A stretch of DNA of 64,000 nucleotides from Azolla caroliniana (GCA_043228905.1 JBHGNT010000001.1:15996001-16060000); one strand, 5' to 3'. Numbered from the stretch's first letter, positions 36,967 to 49,660 are shown. The notes: a model not told the origin generated them from the letters alone. Translations and numbers: made by a program.

Positions 36967-39900
36967 TGTTACTCCTTAGGGCCGGACAATAGCCTAACAC
37001 AGGGTGTCTACAGAAGACACTTCACCAAAGGGTCGGTGAAACATCAGACCTTAATCGGTTACTTAATCTTAATACACGCGTAAGATAGAAAGTAATTAGC
37101 ACAGAACGGTAATCAATACACAGAGATAAGGAAATAGAGCTTTATTAATTATCCGTCATCATTTACAATGTAACCGGGCCTTTTTATAGATCACCGGCTC
37201 TGCCTACAAAACGGTGCCAACCGGCACCCTAATATGAACCGGTCCGGATCCGGATCGGCATACCGATTCCAGTTCGTCCGTTCACTTCTCTAAAATCTAC
37301 TTAATTACTTAATATCCTAATAACTGCCTCTGTTTATTTCTGCCTTCCATATTCTGGATTGTCCTTCACTCCTTGCTAGCTAGCTAACACATGGCACGCC
37401 CGTGGGACAGTACCTTGTACGTCGAATCCCACTATCCAGCCTTCAATCCTTGTCTAAAATGTCCAGAATGCTCTGATCGAGGGGCTCTAAGGGTTCTTCA
37501 GAAGGCTGATCGGACTGATGTTGTTGTTCCTCCAGTTGCTGCTCCTCCTGCGGCTGCTCCGTTGGTTGTGATTGTTGCTCCGGCTGCTGCTCCATTGGCA
37601 GTTGTTGTGGTTCCTGCTACTGGGCGGTTCCCAGCTCTTCTAGGCGTTGCTCCTCCAATGGCGGTGCCGGTGGTTGTTGCAGCGCTTCCTCCCTTGGCTG
37701 CTCCTCCTAAGTTACATCCGGTTGGCTTGTCCCGGCCTTGGCTCTGTCCGTCCCTTGGTCCCACGATGGCTCTTCATCACTGAGATTGATTGTTGCCATG
37801 CTCTTCGTCGCCTCTTGCTATAGCCTCTCCTTTTCATAACTTTCAAACTGGATTTGGTTATCCAGTCGATCATCGTCCAGTTGTGCGACTAGTTGCCGGA
37901 CCACCGTTATCTGTTCATTAGCCAACACTACGAAGTCCTCCGCCAATTCGTCTTTAACGATAGCAAAGTCTTCCTTTTCCAGTTTATAGAACTCATCGCC
38001 TTCTTTCTGCCGGTTTTCCGTGTCCACCCTCAGCAACTGTAACTCGGTAGCGTGCTTCGCCCATTTTGACCACCATACTACTGAGTTGTCTTCAATCAAA
38101 TGCTTCGTTCGATTCTTCCATGCATGTACAATGCACCGGATCCACTCCAGCCCCATCTTTGATTTATCTTCAGCGGCCTACCAGTCATCTTTCAACTGTT
38201 TAATCAAGTTCGCCGTTACCACCTCCTAGTCGTTGTAGCGCACCAGTTGATTCTAATACGTTGTCTGCACTCTTTGTAAGACCATGTTAGCAAGTTCCAT
38301 TTCCCCCTGATGTTGCATCTGGAGTTCCATGTGTTCCTTCGCCGCTTCAACTCGTATGGTTTCCTTCTCAGCCCGTTCTTCTGCTAGTGCCGTTTCTGCT
38401 CGTTGCACTTCATTCCAAAGCTCGAACATCTTCTCCTACTGTCGGTCACTATCGATGATGAGCTTTTTGTATTCCGACTTAACATGTTTATAATCCCGGT
38501 GTAGGCGGTCAAACTCTTCTGATTTCTGCTTCAACTTTTGATTGATCTGGCGGCGAGCTCGTTCTTCCCTATCCTTTTGCTGCCAAAGCTCTTCTTTGAG
38601 TCTCTCGATCTCCGTTTCCACCATCCTTCAGAGTTTATCCTTCTCTTGTAGCACTTTTTCCTTCTCTTCCTTAAGTCGGTCGTAGGCTTGGTGTCCCTTC
38701 CGTAGACTGTCTTCTGCTCGTCGAAGATTGTCAGCAGTCTTCCGTTGTTCCTCCTCTACCACCATTCTTAATTCTCTTTCCCTGGCCCGTAATGCTTCCT
38801 GTGCGGCCAGGTCTTCTTTGAGAATGGCAAGCTCTCGCGCTTGCACTGTAATTATATTTGGGTTTGTTCCCGGCACCGGGGTCGTATTATTATGGACAGT
38901 TGCCGGTGTTTCCTTATTCTGTACATGTACCGGAGCCACCGGTTCCTGCTCCTGGGGTCCTGTGATGACCTTCTTAGCCAATTCTTCCTTGGCTATTTCC
39001 ACTTCTCATTCCAAGCTCCAGATCCTTGACCGAGCCTTCTCTAGTTCTCCGGTTGTGGCTAGCAACCGGTCCACTTGTGCTTTCTCCTCTGCCTCCATAT
39101 AATGGACCACTTCGGCTATTTGCTCACCGATCCACCGCAGCCATTGGTTGTCGGTGCCTTGTGGTTGTGTCGGAGCGGAGGTTTGGCCAATTTCTACGCT
39201 TGCCAGTGTTTGATCTGGTCAGATTGCCAGCTCTGGCTCTGGTTGGGGTACCACATGGCAATACCGGCTCTGGTTGTGCCTGAGTCGGCCATTCTAGCTC
39301 TGGTTGGTCCTAATGTGCCGGTGAGGTAAGCAACTGAATCATCGGCTCCTGAATCACGGGTCTTGTCATGTTGTGACCCGTCGGTGGGAACTGCGGCGTA
39401 GGGACTTCTGTCACCGGTTCTACTTGAACCGGTTCCGCTTCCACCCTTGGCTCTGGGCCCTCAGTGCGGGGCATCAGCGTCCTATCCTTTTCTGGACCTG
39501 ATTGTTTGCCGGCATGGTTGGCAATGCTCTTCTTCTGGCGCCACTGGAGGTGCTCGTTGGGCTCATCCGTCGTTTCCTCCTCCCGAGTCCCAAGATTGAT
39601 TTTCATGGCCAAGGGATCTGGCTCCTGTTGACCCGGTCGGCAAAATGTAATTTTTATTGGCCGTGCCGATGTTGCCTCCTGCGTCTCCGCCTGGCTAGGC
39701 CGCTCATTCGCTGTTTTCTCAATCTCGGCCTCTTTCCCCTTGGTTGCCTTAGCAGCCAATAGCTGATGCCGTTTCGAAGCCGGTTTGGAGGTTTATTCGG
39801 CTATTCTTCCCTGTTTCTTTGCCGTGTTGCGCTCCACTGGTGGTGCTAATAGTGTGAGCATTGCGCCATCGCCGACCATATTTTTCTTCCATCCTTCCCT

Positions 39901-42900
39901 CTTACCGAGTCGATGGCCACGCGCAGTCCGTCGGCGATCAGCACTGACCAGTCCACCTGTATGCCTTCATATGTGGCGATAATTAACCCGGCTCTGTTCC
40001 TAGGCATTGTCGAGGGTCGAGGGTACACATGGCCATACTCATGCAGTACACGAGCAATCTCTCAAAATAAGCCATCCTCGCCGCCCTATGTGCGATATGC
40101 CTTGCTGGACAGAGAATACTCACCGAAGTATATCGTGAGCTGCTCCGGGGTAGGGTTGTCGATGGTGAAGATGCCACCCTCGGGTAGGCCCGTCAGGGCA
40201 CGGATGGCCTCCTCTGTGATTACTTCTGTGTCGATGGCTTTGACAACCCTTTCCACCTCTTTGTGTGGTGGTGCCTCCATGATCCTCAAGAATCCTTCCA
40301 AACCATGTTGCTTTAACCACTTCTTGGCTACCTCCGAGAGCGTCATGCAGTCCATTTCTCCTTCTGAGTCGGTGGTTGCTGGTGAGGTAGGTGCATTAGG
40401 GGGCTCTGGGTGCTCCCGTCTGATTACCTTCAATCGACTGTGTGCGTTTGTGATTCTCTGTTCGCGAAATGAGAAGGCCTCCATGCGGTGTAGGTTTTCT
40501 TTCTGCATGTTCATGCCTTTCTCAATTCTTGCGCATGCGAACGTCGTGTACTATAATGGCAATGAAGTGCCATGTGGCGGCGTTTTAATGCGCTATAAAT
40601 AGCCCACTACTTGTCTTTTCAAAGTGCCCGTTCACCCCTCCTTTCCATTGCATGTGGCCGTTTGCTCCTCGCCATCACATAGTTTGGGTTTGATTCGATT
40701 TATTTATTTATTTTAACCGATCTTGTTAATATGTATCCGGCCCAAATGGACCCTTCTCCGGATTGTGCATGCCGATTGCATGACCAATTGTTGTCTCGTC
40801 GTGCTTACCAGTGTCCGGTGCGGTGTTAGCCTTTGTTTGCTCAAACGGGTTTCTTGGCATGGGTCCATAGTATGGTTTGAGTTGAAACCCATTCACCCAT
40901 TTACCCATAACTTCGCCGGCGAGTGTTCCTAGCTAGTAAGAACCGTTGAACTCCCGTGTAATCCAATATGGCCCGGTCTACCGAAATCGTAGCTTCCCTG
41001 GCATCTTACCCATCCGGGTCTAGAATACAAGTATTGGCTTGCCAATCCCGAACCTTTTTTCGTTACCTTTCCGGTGTCGATTGACGAATGCTTTCCTTCT
41101 CCATTGCTCCAGTTCCATGTGCATCAGGTTGGTGATCCGGTGTTCCTCCAGTTCGCATAGCGCTGCTAACCGGATTGTTTCTGACTCCTTCTCGTTCAGG
41201 CGTTCCCTAACTTGTAACCGCAAGCTGGGAACCTGGAATTCGATCGGCATTACCGCTTCGAACCTGAATGCCAATCGGAAAGGCGTTGTCCAGATACTTG
41301 TCTTATATGTTGTCTGGTAGGCCCAAAGTGCATTGTGCAGCTTTGTATCCCAATTCGTCCGGTTCTCATTGACGATTTTTCGGAGGATGTTTTGTAGTGT
41401 CTTATTAGTGGATTCGGCTAATCCGTTGGCTTGCGGATAATACGGAGTGCTTTGCTTGTGCACCACCACATAGAATGTCATCAAGCTCTCCACCACTTGT
41501 CCTAGGAAATGCCCTCCTTGGTCACTGATTAGCTCAATCGGACATCCATACAGGCACCAAATATATTCATATAAAAACTTTGTCGTGGATGCCGCGGTGT
41601 TGTCACGTAGTGCTTTGGCCTCCACCCACTTGGTGCAGTAGTCCGTAGCGACAATCACGTATCGGTTGCCGGTTCTCATTGCTAGTGGTTTAAACGGGAC
41701 GATGAAGTCCAGCCCCCATTTCTGAAATGGTTCCAATGGCAGCACTGGCTGGTGAGGCATTCGTGCTTGTTCTGTTGGTTGGCCCATCCGTTGACACAAA
41801 TCACATTCTTTAGCATACCGGACGACGTCTTTTAATGTTGTTGGCCATCATAGGCCACTCTGCCATATTTTCCTTGCCGTAGCATCCCCAACATAATGCC
41901 CTCTGGCCACACCCCAGTGTGCTTCGCACAGTATTTGGTCTTTTTCGTCGTTGCACGCTGCCATATGACGTCCGCGCCTTTATGGTACAATGTGTCCTGT
42001 ACTAGACAGAAGTGTCAGCTTTGTACTGTTAATCTTTTCCACTCGTCTCTGTTCATCTCCTCTGGAGGTAATCCAGTGCTCAGGAATTGGTGCATGTTAG
42101 TGAGCCACTTGTCCTCCTCGGCGATCGTACCATCAGTTGTCGTTTCGGCTGTGATCCTAAACAAGGCTGCATCCGGAAATTCGTTTGCGACCCCGTCCCC
42201 GGTTTCTTAGGAGTCTAACCGGCTCAAATAATCTACAACCACATGTTGTATGCCTGGTCGGTGGAATATCTCGAACTCAAATTCCTGTAATAATAGCGTC
42301 CACCGGGCCATCTTACCCATGAGTGATGCTTTCGAGACCAAGTAAAGTAGTGTCGAATGATCTACATGAAAGGAAAATTTCCTCCCAAACAAATAGTGTC
42401 GAAACTTGGTGACGCTATAGATCATGCCCAAGGCTTCTCTTTCCATCGTAAGGTAATTCCGTTCCAGCTGGGACAGCTTATGGTTGGCATAATACACGGG
42501 CCGGTACCACTTGGGTTCGGTAAGCTGCATTAATGCACTCCCTATTGCTATGTCGGACGCGTCTACGAATACGTGGAATTTGTTAGACCAATCTGGAGGT
42601 TGCCCACCGGTGCTTGTGATAGTAGTACTTTTAATGCCCGGTAAGCCTTCTCTTCTATATCCGTCCATTGAAACGGTGTCCGGTGCACCACGGCATGCAA
42701 TGGTGTGGCCAGGTCTGCTAGATACCAGAGCATCCGGCTATGCCACCGGATTTGTCCTAGGAACCGACTCAATGCTTTTGCCATGGTGGGTGTCGGTGCC
42801 TCCAAAATTGCTTTGACCTTGTCCGGGTCCAGTACAATACCGTCCTTGCTAATGATGTGGCCTAGTAGGGCACCGCTTGACACCCCGAACACGCATTTTG

Positions 42901-45900
42901 CTGGGTTAAGGCTTAACCGATAAGCCCTACATTTCTCAAGACATAGTCGGAGGTATTCGAGGTGTTCCCCTTCCTGGCTGTACATGGCAAAATCGTCTAA
43001 GAACACCTGCATGAATGCTGGAATAAATTCTTCGAAAATCTCCATGATTATTCGTTGAAAGGTTGTCGGCGTAGTTTTAAGTCCGAACATCATGACTACG
43101 GCGACAAATACTCCCCATTCGGTAACAAAAGCGGTTTTCTCCTGGTCATCGAGGTGCATCCGGATCTGATTGTAGGCATTGAACCCGTCCAGGAAACTAA
43201 AAACTTCGTGACCAGCTACTGCATCCAGGACTCCATCCGTAAAAGGAAGTGGGAAGGCGTCGGTACTTGTTGCTGCATTCAATTTTCGGTAGTCGACACA
43301 TACCCAGATTTTTCCGTTCTTTTTCGGTATGACGACTATCGGGCTCAGCCACGTCGCCTTTTTAACCGATTGGATGAACCCTACTCGTAACAATTTGTCG
43401 ATCTCGTCCTTTACTTTTGTTGCATAGTTAGGGTTCATCCGGTAGCGCCGTTGCGCCACCGGCTTGGCATCCTTACTCAGATGTATCTGGTGTTGATACA
43501 ACTGAGGCTCTAGCCCCTGCATGTCCTCGTACGACCACGCGAACACGTCCCAGAACTCCTTTAATAAGGTGATCGTTGCCGTTTTCCTTTCGGGAGTCAT
43601 TTCTTTGGCGATGTGAACAGGTCTTGCGTCTTCTACGGTGCCTAGGTTTACCTCTTCCAGCTGAGAGGCTTTTACACGTTGAGATACTACCAATTCCTTC
43701 TCCAAAGCTTCCTGCGCTTGCCGTAACTCTCTGATGGCTTCCTTATCCGGTTCTTCACCGGCCTCCTCCGGTATTATGTATGGTGCCACTGCTTTGGCGA
43801 CATCCACTTCAAATAAGGGTACAATTTTCGGATTCTCCTATAAGTATTGATCGACCTCCTCATCAGCCAATCCCTCAAGCATGTTGACACATTCTGCATA
43901 CAGCGGTGTCAGCTCCTTGCCGGTACTTGAACGTGGTTGTGTAGGAACCCGTACTTTCACTTTGCCGCGCCTGAACGTGATTATGTTTTTCCGCCAGTTT
44001 CGCTTGACGTGCGTTGTTTTTAACCATGGCCGACCCAACAACAGTGGGTATGCTCCATGTGCATTGAGCTGGAGGACTACTGCCGAAATGCGGAATGTGT
44101 GACCTCCGATCGTCACTTCCAACTCTCGTATCAATCCGGTAGGTCGTACTGAACTTGTGTCTGCCATCCGGAGCCAAAACGGGCACAGCTCCCATCCTGG
44201 ATTCCCAGGGTATTACAAGTTCGGAGGTTAATCTCATTCACGTAGGATCCTCCGTCTATAATCATTCCGGGTAGTTCTTGTCCCTTGACGATGGTTGTGA
44301 TAGTCGGATTGCTCGTGTCAACTACCGTCGGTCCTTCCTCCGAGTTAGAAAAGAATGTCGGAGCCGGTGGAGTGCCGACCGCAGTCATGCTCGTCTTCAG
44401 TCCTTCCGTAAACCAAGGTACTAACTGCAATAGCCGACCTAATGGCAGCGTGATTTGGCATTCTTGCAACACTTGCCATGTTGGGTTTTCCGCCTGGCTA
44501 TTGCCAGTGGGCTCCTCTAGATTCTCCTTTTGTTGTTGCAGTTCTGCCACATTCTACTCGTTTGCCTTCTTTACCCATTTGGTGGCCTGCTTCCAGATGG
44601 CTTCTTGGGTTTCCACTCCGTCACTTTTCCTTTTACCCTCGTGGTTACTTGTTGTGTGTCCGCGACCTCCGCTACCACCATGTTTACCGTTGGTCGCTTA
44701 TCATAGCTTTTCGCCGGACATTGGTTACTGTAGTGTCCCTCTTGTCGGCAATAGTAGCAGTATGCCTTCTGGGTGTTGCTGGATTCTGCTTTTGCTCTGG
44801 CACCCGGTTGAGGTCCTATGGGAAGTGCTTGGCCTTCGTCCAGTTGGTTGCTTGATGTACCCTGTTCCGGCTCCTGTTGGTGACCCCCTTTTTTATTGAA
44901 ATGCCGTTTTTTGTTGAAATGCTTTTTGTTCCGGAAATCCTGTTGGAGTCGGTCGTCGTACTTGCCATAGTCCTCCCTTTGGGGGTTGTAACAGGGGGAG
45001 TGATCCCGGTTGTAATGCTCATTCCGTTCCCCATTATAGTCCCAATATCTATCATACCGGTCGCGGTCATAAGTGTTTCTTCGATCACCGTACCAAACAT
45101 CTTGTGCTGGCCGGTAGCGCTCCTCTCGCCGCCAGCACTCTTCTTCCTCCTCCTGGTTGCTCCGTGGTTCGATTTGCTGAACCGATGGTGCTTGCCGATT
45201 CAGCAAGTTATACTCGCACCGATCCATTGTGTGGTTTCTGGAATGGCAAAGCAGGCATTGAGAACGCATGGTGCACTCCAGCGCCGAATGTCCAATATTC
45301 AGGCAAGTTGTACATTGAACTGCTTGTCAAAATCGAAGGTCTTCATCAATTGGTAACGTTCGTTGGAGTGCCCCCATCGTCAGCCATGAACTGGAGTTTT
45401 CCATTTCCCTGACTCGGTCTATGACCTGGTCGACGGAACTCGTGCGGAAATCAATGACTGTGCACACTGTTCGTAGGGGTTCTCGGAGTGCTGCTAGGAA
45501 TATCGCCTTAGTCTCTTCCTCCGGTGGTGCCCGACTGAGCTGGTTGTGCATTCTCTCGAATCGGATTACAAATTGTTGAATGTTCTCCGTGGGCTCCTAC
45601 ATGATGGTATAGAGTAGGCCGACCATTTCCCGTTGATCCACTTCTTTGTGAAAAAAATGTAAGAATTTAGATTTCAAGGCCTCAAACGTCGTGATGGTAC
45701 TAGGATCTTGCATCAAGCGCCATCTAACGGCGGGCCCCTCCAGGGTCATGCCGAACTCCGCCATCTTTGAGCATTCTACTTCGGCCGCGGTTAAGCGTTG
45801 TGACACATGATTCGCTTCCCAGGTCTGTTGAAATGCATAGACGTGGGCCTCTACGTCCGGATCATCCCGGTACTTAGGATATTGAAACGGCATGTCGTCG

Positions 45901-46956
45901 TCCGGTGTTGGAATGCAGGTTGATGGTGTCGGAGGTCTCTCCACCTCCTCTTTCGGAGGTCTTTCTTCCTCTGTGGGAGGTCTTTCCGCCTCTACTTCAG
46001 TTGTTAGGGTTTGCTCAGTCCTTGGCCGATCTGTGGCTTCCAGCTCTGTCAATTATGGTTCCGGTGTCGGTGAGGTATTTGATTCCTCGTCCACCGGTCC
46101 GTCTGGGGTGTCGTGACTGCTGCGGTAATTAGAATGAGCGCTATATTTGCCGTCCGAGTTCGATTCAAAGGCCGAAAACGGTTTGGAATCGCTGTCTCCT
46201 GCAGCTAATGCCTGCAATAAGGATTCCGTTTCCCGAAGACTACTCAAGCTGCTTCCTTCGTCGGGGTGGAAATCTTGTTGCAAACGGAGTGACTCCTCAA
46301 CCACTCGCCGGATCACTTTGGAAAATGATTGATCCGAACGAATTTCTTCCACCACTTGCTAGAAGGCCTCTCGCGTCCGCAACCGCTCAACGAGTCTCCT
46401 TGCTCAATCCGTAATCGGTCCGCTCGTTGGTCTAGTCATCCATTCCCGCCGTTGTTCATTGCGCTTATGCAGGAATCGTGGTCGCCAAAAACTGTGTTAC
46501 TCCTTAGGGTCGGACAATAGCCTAACACAAGGTGTCTACAGAAGACACTTCACCAAAGGGTGTTACGGTGAAATAGAGTTAGACCGACGATTAATCATAC
46601 CTTAATTAGTTACTTAATCAACAGATCCTTAAACTTAATACACACGTAAGATAGAAAGTAATTAGCACAGAACGGTAATCAATACACAGAGATAAGGAAA
46701 TAGAGCTTTATTAATTATCCGTTGTCATTTACAATGTAATTGGGCCTTTTTATAGATCACCAGCTCTGCCTACAAAACGGTGCCAACTGGCACCCTAATA
46801 TGAACCGGTCCGGATCTGGATCGGCATACCGATTCCGGTCCGTCCGTTCACTTCTCTAAAATCTACTTAATTAATTAATATCCTAATATCAGCCTCCGAT
46901 TATTTCTGCCCTTCCATATTCTGGACTGTCCTTCACTCCTTGCCGGCTGCCTAACA
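36967..46956 (-). mobile_element. Ty3/Gypsy non-chromovirus (Ogre/Tat-like) element D, full length
   Basis: LTRs 36967-37389 and 46495-46956; TSD TGAAG; PBS TGGCGACCAC; gag-PR-RT-RH-INT fragments at 40730-46440. Confidence 0.94.
37400..40514 (-). pseudogene. Extra ORF downstream of pol in D (plant-mobile-domain-like N-terminus, coiled-coil C-terminus)
   Basis: Same-strand ORF pieces 40086-40514, 39310-39759, 38628-39002, 38436-38624, 37818-38156; EAIRALTGLPEGG; start conserved in C (TLSEAAKKWLK vs TLSEVAKKWLK). Confidence 0.7.
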
Positions 46957-47751
46957 TGAAGAAGTTGTTGTGGTTGTCATAGGAGAAGTACGTGACAAAG
47001 GTGCTTCAACGGTTCAATATGTCGGAGGCGAAACCGGTCAGATCGACAGTTCCAACAAGCTACAAGCTATCCGGAAAACAAATCTTGAGGACAAAGCCGG
47101 AGAAGACGGATATGATGAAGATACCATATGCCTCTGCCGTCGGAAGCTTGATGTACGCGATGGTATGTACCCGACCGGATATCGGATATGCAGTCGGAGT
47201 GGTGAGCCGGTTCATGAGCAATCCCAGAAGAGAGCACTGGAACACAATAAAGTGGATACTCCGGTATTTGAAAGGCACCTCGAGTATGTGCCTCCGATTC
47301 GGCTATGGTAAACCCCTCTTGGAAGGTTTCACTGATTCAGATATGTCGGCTGATGCGGATACTAGCCGGTCTACATCCGCATATGTCATGACTTATGCAG
47401 GGGGAGCTGTTTCGTGGCAGTCAAGGCTACAGAAGACGGTTGCGTTGTCAACCACGGAGGCGGAGTACATGGTAGCTGTGGAAGCCGACAAGGAGATAAT
47501 CTGGATGAAGGACTTCATCATAGAGTTAGGGATCCAACAAGAGGAATACCGACTCTACTGTGACAGTCAAAGGGTCATCCACCTTGCAAAGAACGCGGCC
47601 TACCATTCCCAGACGAAACATATCTAATGGAGGTACCACTGGATTCGGGAGAGAGTAGAAGATCAAGAGTTCGTGCTAACGAAGATCCACACGGAAGAGA
47701 ACGTGTCGGATATGCTGACCAAGGTGTTGACAATCGACAAGCTAGACACGT

Positions 47752-48872
47752 TGTCGTGAAGATCCGTCACTACGCGCGGATCGTGAGGCGGAACCGCCGG
47801 GGTTCTGGACCGAAAGGATTCAAAGTCGGTACAAGCTTTGACGTAAGCTTTACTGAGAAAGTACTTAAGATAGATTGGGAAAGAGAGAAGTTGAGATTAA
47901 ACGATTGAGAGAGATTGATTGAACTTTTATCTTTGGATTTAAGAAACAAGTTACACGATCAATTTGATAACGAATTTCTTCCTCTTAATTTCATAACAAA
48001 AAAAAAACGCCCTTTTTCTCCTCCCCCTTCCTTCTTTTATAGATGCTCTCATGCATATGATGCATGTGAGGGTACAAGACATGCATAAAATGCATGTTTG
48101 CCATTTGGCGCTTATGTATTACATGTGGTGCATGATAACCATGTCACTCATTTTAGCTCTCATGTATGAGAATTTACACGTAAAAGTACAATGATAGAAA
48201 TATAAATTCAACTAAATGGCATGGCTTAATGGTAAGCCAATTGACTCTTAACTCGGAGGTGCAAGGTTCGAATCCTTACTTGCCCTCCTTGTATATATGT
48301 ATATATATTTATATATTTATTTATCTAGTCACCGGACGCCGGTTCGTCGGATGCCGTCGGTTACCGGTGCCTCGCCGGATGCCGCCGCCTCGCCGTCATC
48401 GGATATCGGTGCCGCCGCCGGATGTCGTCGTCTCACTGGCGCCGGATGCCTCGCCGTCGCCAGATCACCGGCTTCATCGCCGGTCCGGTTTTGGTTGGCC
48501 AAAACCCTTTACGAGTAGCTAGCCCACCTCTACTCTTAGTTCAAGTTACCTTGAACTCTCTATGCTCCACACATAAACACAAAGATAATATCTTTTGTTC
48601 TACCTTATATATGATGAGAGCCATATTTGTCGTGCCTATGTGGGATATCTCACAATTTTCTCTTTTCCTTTCACAAACTTTATACCCTCATATCTTGACA
48701 TTTAGTTGTCCGTTTCTTGTGTAATAAAATGCATTCGAAATCTCCATCATTTTGTACTTAGATATTAAATTTATTTAAAATGTTATCTTCACAATTATTG
48801 TATTATGTGATTCATACTCGATTTTGTACGTTTTATGGGATTTTCACACTATTGCCGAAAATCTTCACGACA
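47752..48872 (-). mobile_element. Solo LTR I (H-related termini) in Copia F RNase H
   Basis: 12-bp terminal inverted repeat TGTCGTGAAGAT...ATCTTCACGACA; 4-bp TSD ACGT/GCGT; host frame KLDACRKR restored on removal; minus-strand TATAAAA near 48040. Confidence 0.88.
48218..48285 (+). tRNA. tRNA-Lys(CUU)-like pseudo-tRNA / Pol III cassette inside solo LTR I
   Basis: A box TGGCTTAATGG with D stem GGCTT/AAGCC; loop CTCTTAA (CTT at 48247-48249); T arm AAGG-TTCGAAT-CCTT; GGCA/TGCC partial acceptor stem; weak anticodon stem. Confidence 0.7.
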
Positions 48873-48930
48873 GCGTGCCGAAAGCGGATCGAGCTGGCGA
48901 GACATCCCATGCCGGAGTGAAGGGGGAGAT

Positions 48931-49215
48931 TGTTGGGAAATCGGTCCCTCCGGATGGGATCCAGTTATGAATGAAGAGGACCCGATGAGAACCGGAAGAG
49001 ATCCGGAAACCGAATCGGATGGACCTGGTGAGAACCGGAAACCGAATCGGATGGACCCGGTGAGACCGGAAGAGAAGACATATTTGTAAATATGTTTTGA
49101 GTAAGCCTATTGAGGCTATATTTGTAAATAGCCCTAAGTTCATATAAGTATAAATATGACTTAGGGCAAACACTTTATAGAAGTTGTTGCTATATTGTTG
49201 TTTAGATAACTGTTG

Positions 49216-49249
<34 letters not shown>

Positions 49250-49487
49250 GTGATACTCTGTTGTAACCGCCGGTTGGTGAAGATACAAAGCCCAAGCTTG
49301 TTGCCTCTGAGTCTCTATTTGTACATTTCCTATATAGTGATAGTTTGGAGTCTGTGGGCTCCCATGATTTTTTCCCATTAGGGTTTTCCACGTAAATATT
49401 ATGTGTACTCCCTACTTCCCATTTTTGTGTTTGATTTCCATTCAAGTGATTCAAGACTTGGTTGTGGCCGAGCAATATTCTGCGATA
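48931..49487 (+). repeat. 3' LTR of Copia F
   Basis: Follows PPT; homologous to LTR A; (GA)n at about 49218-49250; end placed by alignment to A and J termini. Confidence 0.85.
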
Positions 49488-49660
49488 TTCTCTTCACACC
49501 TTCAGTGCGCGCACAGAATATTGAGGTATGTCAGCGGCACTAAGGACAGGGGGTTATTATATCGGACCGGTATAGTCGGACAACTTGTCGGCTACACAGA
49601 TGCCGATTGAGCCGGAAATGCCGGTGACTGTAGGTCTACATTTGGATATGCATTATCATA
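49488..49660 (+). pseudogene. Remnant of an older Copia (L), RT/RNase H junction
   Basis: HLQCAHRILRYVSGT...LVGYTDAD*AG...RSTFGY. Confidence 0.8.

Larger units (their letters stand above)
14812..49487 (+). mobile_element. Ty1/Copia element F in four fragments (14812-15595, 36162-36966, 46962-47751, 48877-49487)
   Basis: Integrase, RT and RNase H rejoin across TSD-flanked insertions G, D and I; PPT at 48920-48929; 3' LTR at 48931. Confidence 0.9.

Noticed and set aside
24-47300. Numerous antisense or alternate-frame ORFs in the track (e.g. 987-1499, 22384-23169, 39913-40602)
   Set aside because: Shadows of GC-rich retroelement coding sequence with no independent motifs
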